64,000 nt of DNA, from contig JALVDV010000004.1 of NCBI GenBank assembly GCA_027008775.1, positions 24,544 to 88,543 of the forward strand. Direction: 5' to 3'. Below the pieces are notes generated by a model. It made no database searches, was not told the origin of the DNA, and worked only from the letters and a program-made list of their open reading frames with translations. The position numbers and the translations under genes were made by a program. Source of the DNA: Candidatus Moraniibacteriota bacterium (GTDB lineage Bacteria > Patescibacteriota > Minisyncoccia > Moranbacterales > DUUL01). Positions 54,211 to 64,000 of the stretch are shown here, in pieces; positions within the stretch are counted from its first letter, which is position 1, and the number at the start of each line of letters is the position of its first letter.

Positions 54211-56877
54211 ATGGATAGCGAAAACAAAAAAAGTAGTTTCACTAATTTTATGAAACAGAAGACAGAAAGAGAGGGAGCAGCATCTGTAGAGAAAAAAAAT
54301 GCTTCTGAGGCGGTTGCTGCAAGAGGGCGTGTTTTTTCTGCCGGGGCTCATTCATCAGCAGAACCAAGCAAGAACAAGCCTGTTACCAAAAGAGACATAT
54401 CCACTTTAGTGGTCAAGATTTTGTTGTGGTTAGTTATTTTTTTGCTACCTTTGTTTTTCTTACCTTTGACGCCGAGTGTGCTTGCTTTGAGCAAGCAACT
54501 TTTGTTGGTTGTGCTGGTCGGTTTGGCTTTTTTGGTCTGGGTAGGGAAGATGGCTATCAAAAGTCAGATAAAGTTTAGAGCAAATTTTGTTTTTGTACCG
54601 GTCTTGCTTTTTTTGATAGTGATGGGTTTGAGTACCATTTTTGCCACTTATCCGGCTAGAAGTCTTTGGGGATTTTTTGGTGGAGAAAATCGCTCTTTTA
54701 TTACTTTGGCTTTTTTGGTGGCTTTCTTCATTTTATTTGTTAATGTAATCAGAAGCAAGAAAGATATTTTTATCAGCCTGGGTGTTTTGCTTGCCAGTGG
54801 TTTTTTAGCCGGTCTTTTTGGCGGTCTGCAATTGTGGGGAAAGTTTATTTTGCCAATTCCTCTGATAAAAAATCCTTATTTTAATACGATTGGTTCTGTT
54901 TATTTGTTCGGGGTTTATGTAACCGCTTTGTTTTTGTTATCTTTAAATTTGTTAGTTTATGTTAAAAATCTTGTTTGGCGAATTGTTTTGTTTTTGTTGA
55001 CGGTATTTTTCTTTGCTTTGGCGGTGGTGGTGAACTTAAAAATAGTCTGGGTAGTTTTGATTGTGGCCATTGCTTTTATTTTGGGACGCTTGATTATTGG
55101 CGCCGGTGGCCAGAAAGGTGGTTCTTTGGGAACAACTCTTTTGATGGTCTTTTTGGTACTTTCCGTTTTGTTGGTTTTGCAGAAGCGTCCTCTTATCAAT
55201 AAGCAGTTGCCTTTGGAGGTAACCCTGAACTATAAGACATCTGCGCAGATTTCTTGGCAAGCTTTGAAGCACAATTTTCTTTTGGGAACCGGACCTGCTT
55301 CCTTTATTGATGTTTACCGGAAATTCAGACCGGCCGGTAACTTGGGTGATTTTTGGGCCACCAATTTCAACGTTTCCGCCAGTTATTTCTTGACTTTGTT
55401 GTCAACGGTTGGTTTCTTGGGAACGGCTTCATTTTTGTTTGTAGTAGTGGTTGGGTTAATTTATCTTTTTCGAGGTGTCTTGTCTAAGGATGAAGAAGTG
55501 AGTGTGTTAGCTTCTGTGGTTGGTAGTGCTTGGTTGTTTTTGACTTTGTTGTTGTTTTTCTATGTGGCCAGTTTGAGTGTTTTGTTTTTATGGTGGTTGC
55601 TTTTCGCTGTTTTAGTGGTAATTCTCAGTTTCAATAAAACCACCGAATTAAGAGAATTTTCTACCGGCAGTGGTTCAGAGAAGCCGTCTTTGTTGTTCTC
55701 CTTCATTTTTGTCTTGGTTATTATTGGAGCGGCAATCGCTTTGTATTCGGAAAGTCAAAAATATTTGGCGGCGGTGCATTTTAAAAATGCTTTGGATGCT
55801 GATGTGAAAAAGGAGGATATAAATAAAATTCTTGATGAGTTGAACAAAGCAGTGTTGATGGATCCCAACAGAGATTTGTATTATCGTAACCGGTCCTTAG
55901 CTTATTTTGCCAAGGCTAATAAGAGAATAGCGGATAAAGAAAAGAATTTCAGTCCGGATGATGCCGCTTTTGTCAGTGAGGCGATTAGAAGAGCTTTGGC
56001 CGACGCTGCGCAAGCAAAAGAGTTAAATCCTTACGACGTTGATAATTATTTATCTTTGATCAGGATTTATGAAAGCTTATTGCCGACAATGGAAGGAGCC
56101 GGCGACAAAGCGTTGGAGTTGGCTAACAAAGCGGTTGAGTTAGACCCCAACAATCCTTTGATTTATCAAAAATTGGCCAACATTTATGTAGCTTTGGCTG
56201 ATTTGGAAGTTCGTAAAAATCCACCAAAAGATCCAAAGGAATTACCGGAAAAAGCCAAAGAGTATTTGGTTTCTGCGGAAAAGAATATTAAGAAAGCCAT
56301 TGAGTTACAACCGGCCTTGGTTGGCTTGAGGTTGAACTTGGTGGGAATTTATGACAGGCAAGGAAAAACCGATGAAGCTATCAAGGCGATGATTGAAAGC
56401 AGGAAGGTAGCCCCAACAAATCCAAACTTAGCTTTTCAACTTGGCTTATTATATCTTCGTCAAGATAAGTTAGACGAGGCTGGTTTGCAGTTTATCCAAG
56501 CAATTCGTTTGGATAAAAATTATGCTAACGCGCATTATTTTCTTGGTATAGTTCTGGACAAGAAGGGCAAGAAAGATCTGGCTATCAAGGAATTTGAGAA
56601 AGTTTTGAAATTAAATCCGGGCAACAAATTGGTGATGAAGATTCTTGATAATCTTAAAGCCGACAAGGACGCCCTGGACGGTTTGACCGGTAGAACCGTG
56701 CAGAGAAACACTAATACTGTAAGCGAAGGCGAGAATGCCCAGCCCACCATTAAGCCGGAAATCAAGGAGGACAAACCGGTACCGGCTGAAGCTACGGAAA
56801 AAATTCAATCAGAAGGGAACAATGAGAAGCCCAAGGAAGAGACTTCTAATGCTGGCGGTGAAAATAAGAAAGAATAA
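54211..56877 (+). CDS. Polytopic membrane protein (O-antigen-ligase-like) with C-terminal TPR repeats
   Basis: About 12-14 TMs with FNTIGS and LLGTGPASF; TPR helices (LDKNYANAHYFLG, LKLNPGN). Confidence 0.8.
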   Translation: MDSENKKSSFTNFMKQKTEREGAASVEKKNASEAVAARGRVFSAGAHSSAEPSKNKPVTKRDISTLVVKILLWLVIFLLPLFFLPLTPSVLALSKQLLLVVLVGLAFLVWVGKMAIKSQIKFRANFVFVPVLLFLIVMGLSTIFATYPARSLWGFFGGENRSFITLAFLVAFFILFVNVIRSKKDIFISLGVLLASGFLAGLFGGLQLWGKFILPIPLIKNPYFNTIGSVYLFGVYVTALFLLSLNLLVYVKNLVWRIVLFLLTVFFFALAVVVNLKIVWVVLIVAIAFILGRLIIGAGGQKGGSLGTTLLMVFLVLSVLLVLQKRPLINKQLPLEVTLNYKTSAQISWQALKHNFLLGTGPASFIDVYRKFRPAGNLGDFWATNFNVSASYFLTLLSTVGFLGTASFLFVVVVGLIYLFRGVLSKDEEVSVLASVVGSAWLFLTLLLFFYVASLSVLFLWWLLFAVLVVILSFNKTTELREFSTGSGSEKPSLLFSFIFVLVIIGAAIALYSESQKYLAAVHFKNALDADVKKEDINKILDELNKAVLMDPNRDLYYRNRSLAYFAKANKRIADKEKNFSPDDAAFVSEAIRRALADAAQAKELNPYDVDNYLSLIRIYESLLPTMEGAGDKALELANKAVELDPNNPLIYQKLANIYVALADLEVRKNPPKDPKELPEKAKEYLVSAEKNIKKAIELQPALVGLRLNLVGIYDRQGKTDEAIKAMIESRKVAPTNPNLAFQLGLLYLRQDKLDEAGLQFIQAIRLDKNYANAHYFLGIVLDKKGKKDLAIKEFEKVLKLNPGNKLVMKILDNLKADKDALDGLTGRTVQRNTNTVSEGENAQPTIKPEIKEDKPVPAEATEKIQSEGNNEKPKEETSNAGGENKKE

Positions 56878-56931
56878 TTTTTCTTGATAGAGATCCCCGT
56901 TCTGAGAGCGGGGATGTCTTTTATTAAAACA

Positions 56932-57590
56932 ATGTTAAAAGAGTATTTAACAGCTCCACAAAAAAATCACTATGAGGATTCAATTATTCCCGATTATTTA
57001 ACGGAAGAATTGCAAGAATTATTTAATGAGGCAATTCCCAGAATTGTGGAAAGGGTTAGGGAGGAAGGAGTAACCCATTTGCTTTTAACGGAAAGGACGG
57101 CTCGCTTGTTTAAGTTTGGCTTTAGGAAAATTTTGACTTGTATGATTTGGACGATGTGAAGATCGGTAGTATCGCCCCCGATTATTTTTTGTCGGAAAAT
57201 GAGAATGAGGTATCACAGGAACAAAGAAAGAGGAAATTGGATTTTATAAGAAATGATTTGAAGAGTGGGCATTTGGAAAAAATAATGGTATTGGATGAAT
57301 ATACTGAGAGCGGAGACAGTTTGGAAGCTGTTCGGGAAGGATTGGAAAAGTTGTTTGGCTTACGCGATGATCAAGTGCTTATTGATTATATCCAGAAAGC
57401 CGGTTCGGGTGATGAGGTGATGGTGGAAGCGATTTATGATAATGTGGATGATATTTTTACGAATGAGGTAAATCATGCGCAGTTGAAAGATGAGAAAGTT
57501 AAAGAAAAATATAAGGACACGGTTCGGCAGATTACCGATATGATGGAAGCGGCAATGGATAATTATGAAGCCGAACATTCGTTTTACTAA
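56932..57590 (+). pseudogene. Phosphoribosyltransferase-like gene split by a single-base frameshift
   Basis: ORFs 56932-57159 and 57138-57590 join if one base is added near 57135; PRPP-loop-like VLDEYTESGDSL. Confidence 0.55.
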
Positions 57591-57602
57591 CAGTGTAAAC
57601 TG

Positions 57603-58712
57603 ATGAAGGACATAACGGAAATTGATTTTAATAACGAGGTGATTTACAAGGAGAAGGTCTGGGGTAATAGCGAGGAAATTGCTAAATTTATGGCCATTGT
57701 TCCAGAGAAGTTTGGCAAGAAAAGGGTTGGAGAAGTATTCTTGGTCTCCACTCATCCGGATGGTTTGAGTAAATTCACAAACGGTCGGCGCTTGGTGGAT
57801 GAAATTCATAACGAGGAATCGGTTTTCGGAAAAACGATTGGCCCAAAAGGTGACTTTCCTATCCTATTTAAACTTCTGTCAGCGAAAGAATATTTATCAA
57901 TTCAAACTCATTACAAGAATAAAGTTGAGGCCTGGCACACTTTGTCTGAGGGTGAGATGTTGTACGGTTTGACTTCGGAGGGTGAAAAAAGTTTGCGAAC
58001 GGAAAAAGGGAGAAAGGAGTTGATTGAATTGTTGAAGGTGGCTGACAGAGTGGAGCAAGTGGGTAAATATTTTAATCATGTGAAATTTAAACCGGGAGAG
58101 ACTTACTTGATTCATTCCGGCTTACCTCATTCTTTATTGCGAGGGACGATTTTGGAACCGCAGAAGAATAGCAATTTGACTGTTAGGGGTGGTGATTGGG
58201 GAAGGAATGATCCCAACAGGCCTTTACAAGTTGAAGATTTTTTTGCTTCAATTTATCCCTACGCGGTGAAGCCGGAGCCGATTGAACCGAAGGTTAAGGC
58301 TTACCGAACAGAGAAGGATGTCCCTGTTAATTCTGAGCATTTGTGCTTAGTAGCTACAGAAAATTTTGCTTTGGACAAGATTGTTTTGCGGGATGGTTGG
58401 CGAATGTTGGAAACTTTTCCGGATAGATTTTTTATTGCTTTGGTAATGGAGGGCGAAGTCGATTTGACCAACGGTGTAGTTAATAAAAAATTGCGGAAAG
58501 GCCAAGTATTTATCTTGGGAGCAACGGCCAATGAGTGGACTTTTAAAGGACAAGGAGAGATAATGTTGGTTTATGTTCCGCATTTGAAAAAAGGGATTAT
58601 CAGTCCTCTGCGGAACAGTGGTTATTCTTATGGGGAAATTGCTCAGATTGGCGGGCCGACTTTAAGGGAGAACGATGTTTATATAGAAATGAAAGAATTA
58701 GGGTTGATGTGA
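57603..58712 (+). CDS. Type I phosphomannose isomerase-like bicupin
   Basis: KEKVWG, GEVFLVSTHP, FPILFKLL.AKEYLSIQTH, EAW, G..H, EPQKNSNLT.R..DWGR. Confidence 0.78.
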   Translation: MKDITEIDFNNEVIYKEKVWGNSEEIAKFMAIVPEKFGKKRVGEVFLVSTHPDGLSKFTNGRRLVDEIHNEESVFGKTIGPKGDFPILFKLLSAKEYLSIQTHYKNKVEAWHTLSEGEMLYGLTSEGEKSLRTEKGRKELIELLKVADRVEQVGKYFNHVKFKPGETYLIHSGLPHSLLRGTILEPQKNSNLTVRGGDWGRNDPNRPLQVEDFFASIYPYAVKPEPIEPKVKAYRTEKDVPVNSEHLCLVATENFALDKIVLRDGWRMLETFPDRFFIALVMEGEVDLTNGVVNKKLRKGQVFILGATANEWTFKGQGEIMLVYVPHLKKGIISPLRNSGYSYGEIAQIGGPTLRENDVYIEMKELGLM

Positions 58713-58750
58713 ATTAAATTTCAGATTGATTTAGTTTCAGCTCAAATGGC

Positions 58751-58790
58751 ACAAAAAGAGCCCTCGCCTGTGTAGGCGGGCTCTTTTTGT
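58751..58790. terminator. Bidirectional terminator
   Basis: ACAAAAAGAGCCC...GGGCTCTTTTTGT. Confidence 0.75.
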
Positions 58791-58856
58791 TTATTTGCCG
58801 ATAAGATAATTATTTAGATATTTATTTGACCGGAGTTGTAAATTTTTAGTTTAAAA

Positions 58857-59681
58857 TTATTTATGGTTACTAATGATTTTTTCTTGATGGGAATGATTGT
58901 GGTTTTGATGCTCGTCCGAATGGGAATGAGGGAGAATTTTAGCGGTAGAAAACATTAAGAGGGCGCCTAGGAGAAAAACGAGAAAATGTTTTCGGTAAGT
59001 TGAATGTTGATGAGCGTCTTTTAGAGAGTGAGGAAGCAAATCTCTAAATAAAACGTAAAGAAAGCCACCGGCTGCTATTCCTGTTAACAGTGAAGCTAAA
59101 ACTGCAAATTTGGCAGAGATTAAAGCTAAGCTGATTCCGATTAAAATTGAAGCGGAAGAAAGAAAATTTAAAAGAAGAGCTTTTTTGACTGACCAGCCGG
59201 CTTCTTGATAGATGAAAAACTCGGAAATCTCCTGTACGACTTCGTGTAAAAGAATTCCCAGACTGGCTCCCAGGCCAATTTGCGGACTGATAAGGTAGGA
59301 AGTGGCCAAAAGAATACCGTCACCAGCATTGTGAAAAGTGTCGCTAATCATAACACGGCGAGCATCCAAATCAGAGTGTTTTGGCTTGCAGTCTGAAGGG
59401 ACAGAGTGGTGGTGATGTTTGCCGGGGATAAAATGAGTTATTATTTTGATTATGATGATGCCTGCGATGATATACCCTAGGGAAAGAAAAATATTTTGAC
59501 CGGAATGGAAAATTTCTTCTAAGAGATGGTAGGTTAAGACGAGAAAAACCCCGCCAGCGAAAGTCACTAAGTAATTGGTGTTTTTTTGCAAAAGATTGCC
59601 AAATTTTTTCCAGGTAAGCAACTTTCCACTAAAGGAAGCCAACATGATAAGAAAAGCAGAAAGAAAAATATTTGTTATCAT
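58857..59681 (-). CDS. ZIP family metal transporter
   Basis: FAGGVFL, His-rich loop, SDTFHNAGDG, LHEVVQEI, AAGGFLY..DLLP. Confidence 0.9.
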   Translation of the reverse strand: MITNIFLSAFLIMLASFSGKLLTWKKFGNLLQKNTNYLVTFAGGVFLVLTYHLLEEIFHSGQNIFLSLGYIIAGIIIIKIITHFIPGKHHHHSVPSDCKPKHSDLDARRVMISDTFHNAGDGILLATSYLISPQIGLGASLGILLHEVVQEISEFFIYQEAGWSVKKALLLNFLSSASILIGISLALISAKFAVLASLLTGIAAGGFLYVLFRDLLPHSLKDAHQHSTYRKHFLVFLLGALLMFSTAKILPHSHSDEHQNHNHSHQEKIISNHK

Positions 59682-60015
59682 TGTTTTAGTTTTTTTATTC
59701 TTTTAATCTTTTTTATATTAAGCTTTTTATTTGATTTGTCAATTTTTTGTATTAGATGACCACTTCTTGGATATTTTGGTATATTTTTAGATAAGCTTTG
59801 TCGGCAACAGGTGAACTAAGATTTGGTGGGGTTCGGAAAGGTTGTATTTTAAAGGTAAATTATCAATTAGCTTGGCAAGTTCTGTTTTAAATGACAATCT
59901 AATATTTTTAAAAGTACTAAAATTTTTTATTCAGGTATTGGGATTTAAAAAGCAAGAAAACAAAGAGAAAGGGAAAATAATTTTTTTATTTTTCCATTTA
60001 GTGTTGTTGAGGTAT

Positions 60016-60088
60016 ATTATGATATTATTGATAATATCATAATACTTTTCTTTGTCAGTTATTATAAAATTATCAATAATATCATAAT
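60016..60088. repeat. Cluster B: two copies of the same 28-bp palindrome
   Basis: 60016-60043 (perfect, identical to 40091-40118) and 60061-60088 (inverted, 2 mismatches). Confidence 0.9.
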
Positions 60089-60423
60089 ATACTGTCGTTG
60101 AGGTTGAAGAAATTAGATAATTTTTTCAAAAAGAAAGAATTTTAAATTAGAAATTCTTCTTGTCGGCGTCAGCATGACGCTGAATAATTTAATTTTTAGT
60201 CGAATTTTTAGGGATAAAGAGTCGGAAATTCTGGTTGTCCTTTCTGAAAAATGTGTTTGTTCTTAGATTGGGGGCTACTAAACAGCGTTTTTTCATTTAG
60301 CCTTTTGTTTGTTTGAAATACTTTCACTTTTCTGTTTCTCTATTTGAGATTTGGGGATATCCAAACAGGACCTAGAGATGTCTAAAGTGTGTTTTAACTT
60401 TTGTGTTTACCGGTTTTATTGAG

Positions 60424-60450
60424 TTAGCACTCTCCTGTAGAGAGTGCTTG
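60424..60450 (+). promoter_or_regulatory. CIRCE element (HrcA operator) overlapping the -35 box of the groEL promoter
   Basis: TTAGCACTC-N9-GAGTGCTTG; TTGACA at 60448-60453; TAAAAT at 60470-60475. Confidence 0.88.
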
Positions 60451-60542
60451 ACATTTTGAAAGAAACAATTAAAATGGAAGTTGACAAATGGGTGAGTTGT
60501 TGTTCGCCCGAAGATAGAACTAAATCATAAAAATTAATTTAA

Positions 60543-62219
<1,677 letters not shown>

Positions 62220-62239
62220 GCCACTGATGATAGTGAGAG

Positions 62240-62272
62240 AGAGGCGACTTTTTGTTTGTCGCCTCTTTTTTT
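62240..62272 (+). terminator. Terminator after groEL
   Basis: AGAGGCGAC...GTCGCCTCT followed by a T-tract. Confidence 0.8.
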
Positions 62273-62412
62273 ATGACAGAGATATTGTTGGAAAAGAAGG
62301 GAAAATGTTATACTGGGTTTGTTGTCGCTTTGTTCAAAGGATAAATTGATTGAGATAATTTTGGTTGTTCCCAAGTTGCATTTGGGCGGTGTTAAATTTA
62401 GGTTTTACAAAA

Positions 62413-63363
62413 ATGCTTGAACTAAATAAGGATGAGGAAAATATTGTATATACTTTGGCTTATTATAATGCTTTGGATTATTTTCCGACCAGGTTTTTTT
62501 TGTGGAGAAATTTAATTGATGTGGAGCAGGTGAAGAGAGGGAAGAGTTTTTTGGAAACGGAGAAGTTGTTGGATTCTTTGATAGAGAGAGGGTTGATTTT
62601 GGAAAAGAATGGATTTTTATTGTTGAGATCGGCGGTTAAGGAGAGAGAGTTTCCAGTAAAACTCTATAGAGCCAGAATTTGGAAAAATAAAATCTCGGCG
62701 GAGAAAATAAAAATGGTGAGGGGTTGGTCAAGAGTTTTGATAAAAGTGCCTTATTTGCGAGAGATGTTGTTGGTGGGAACGCTGATGTTAAAAAATTCTG
62801 ATAAAAAAAGTGATTGGGATGTCATTTCCATTATGGGACGAAATAGAATTTGGTTGGGAAGATTTTTTTTATCTTTATGGTTGCAACTTCTGGGTAAAAG
62901 AAGGACTGATGAGAAAGTTGAGGATAGATTTTGCTTAAATCAATTTTTGGTAGATGGTAGCCTAGTTTCTTTGGAGAGAAGTCAATTTATGGCCAATGAA
63001 TTATTATTGGCTATTCCTTTGTTATCGGGAAGTTCGGTTAAGGATAAAATAATAAAAAGTAATATGTTTTGGTTGCAAAAAATTAAACCAAACTTTAAAT
63101 ATTATTTTGGTTTACCTGCTGTTGATGATAAGATAAGCAGAGGGGGGATTAGCTGGTTTGAATTGATTTTGGAAAAACTTGGTTTGGCCGGTTTGATGAA
63201 CAATTGGTTGAAAAAGATTATGATTAAGAGAATTTTAAGTAATCCCAAAACTTATTTGAGGGAGGCTGATATTCGTTTCGGTGACTTTTATTTGATTTTT
63301 TTGCCGGAGCCAAGACGAAATAAGTTGGAAATTAAGGCCAGGGCTTTGACAAAAAGGTTGTAA
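62413..63363 (+). CDS. Hypothetical protein with nucleotidyltransferase-like motif
   Basis: TLAYY..LDYFPT; VGTL...SDWDV; RIWLGR; DRFCLN. Confidence 0.6.
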   Translation: MLELNKDEENIVYTLAYYNALDYFPTRFFLWRNLIDVEQVKRGKSFLETEKLLDSLIERGLILEKNGFLLLRSAVKEREFPVKLYRARIWKNKISAEKIKMVRGWSRVLIKVPYLREMLLVGTLMLKNSDKKSDWDVISIMGRNRIWLGRFFLSLWLQLLGKRRTDEKVEDRFCLNQFLVDGSLVSLERSQFMANELLLAIPLLSGSSVKDKIIKSNMFWLQKIKPNFKYYFGLPAVDDKISRGGISWFELILEKLGLAGLMNNWLKKIMIKRILSNPKTYLREADIRFGDFYLIFLPEPRRNKLEIKARALTKRL

Positions 63364-63449
63364 AGGTGTATAATGGTTGGTGTGGTAGGGTAATGAAAGG
63401 GTGATTCTTTTAAGAATCGCCCTATTTTTATTATAAAGATTTGCTGATT

Positions 63450-64000
63450 ATGCAACAAAACAAAAGGAGATTTCAGTGGAGATCGTTAAGTGCCAAAGAA
63501 TTGGCGGTTTTTGCTTTATTTTCACTCCTTCTTTGGGGAGGGGCAGTTTTTCTTTTTGGCAAAATGACGGTGTTTGCGGAAGAGAAAGATAAAACAGGTT
63601 TGTCTGAGCAACAGCCATACCAAGGAATGATTGAGGCTTTAGTGAGTAAACTAAATCAGGAGAGGGAGAAGATCGGTTTACAACCGTTGGAGATTGATCG
63701 GAGGTTGGAACGAATGGCGGAATATAAATTGCAAAATATGGCAGAAGACGGATACTTTGCGCATATTTCTCCCTCCGGTCAAACAGCCTGGGATATTTTT
63801 GATAAATTTGGTTATGAGTATAATTTTGCCGGAGAAAATTTAGCAACAAATTTTGTTGATGCGGATGATTTACATCGCGCTTGGATGCGCAGTCCGGAAC
63901 ATCGGAAGAATATTTTGTTTCCCGAGTATACCAAGGTTGGCTTGGCGATAGGTGAATCCAGAACAGGAGCTTTGTTGGCGGTGGAGTATTTTGCGAAACC
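63450..64000 (+). CDS. CAP/SCP domain protein (partial, not in the ORF track)
   Basis: Frame open from ATG 63450: TM, then LNQEREKIGLQPL...GYFAHISPSG...AGENLA...WMRSPEHRKNIL. Confidence 0.88.
   Translation, partial: MQQNKRRFQWRSLSAKELAVFALFSLLLWGGAVFLFGKMTVFAEEKDKTGLSEQQPYQGMIEALVSKLNQEREKIGLQPLEIDRRLERMAEYKLQNMAEDGYFAHISPSGQTAWDIFDKFGYEYNFAGENLATNFVDADDLHRAWMRSPEHRKNILFPEYTKVGLAIGESRTGALLAVEYFAK

Overview
This window is a chromosomal segment of an AT-rich bacterium. Gene content and style point to Patescibacteria/CPR (Parcubacteria-like): Cys-rich CxxC paralogs, VanW, DUF3048, signal-peptide tail-fibre/Ig proteins, core genes mostly lacking Shine-Dalgarno sites, and TGA used as a stop codon. 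Housekeeping genes include tyrS (partial), valS, holA, gatCA, miaA, infB, rbfA, a DHH/NrnA phosphoesterase, a XerC/D-type recombinase, comM, yraN, lspA, a DksA-like protein, rplY and groEL with a CIRCE site. The window also holds tRNA-Cys(GCA), tRNA-Leu(TAA), an ArsR-led metal/arsenic cluster and several cell-envelope genes. Five observations stand out. (1) An Elp3 gene sits head-to-head with a Trm9/ALKBH8-like methyltransferase beside a U34 tRNA, suggesting a eukaryote/archaea-type mcm5U wobble pathway in a bacterium. (2) Five copies of a 28-bp palindrome form two clusters 20 kb apart, one directly upstream of the xer gene. (3) Stand-alone accessory genes share a promoter, boxA-like motif, AAGGAGG and terminator architecture. 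(4) Two peptidoglycan genes have highly structured 5' leaders. (5) A three-gene unit encodes a secreted S74-chaperone fibre protein and an Ig-repeat protein. No CRISPR array, rRNA, reverse transcriptase or intact transposase was seen. All family calls come from motif recognition by eye, not from database searches.
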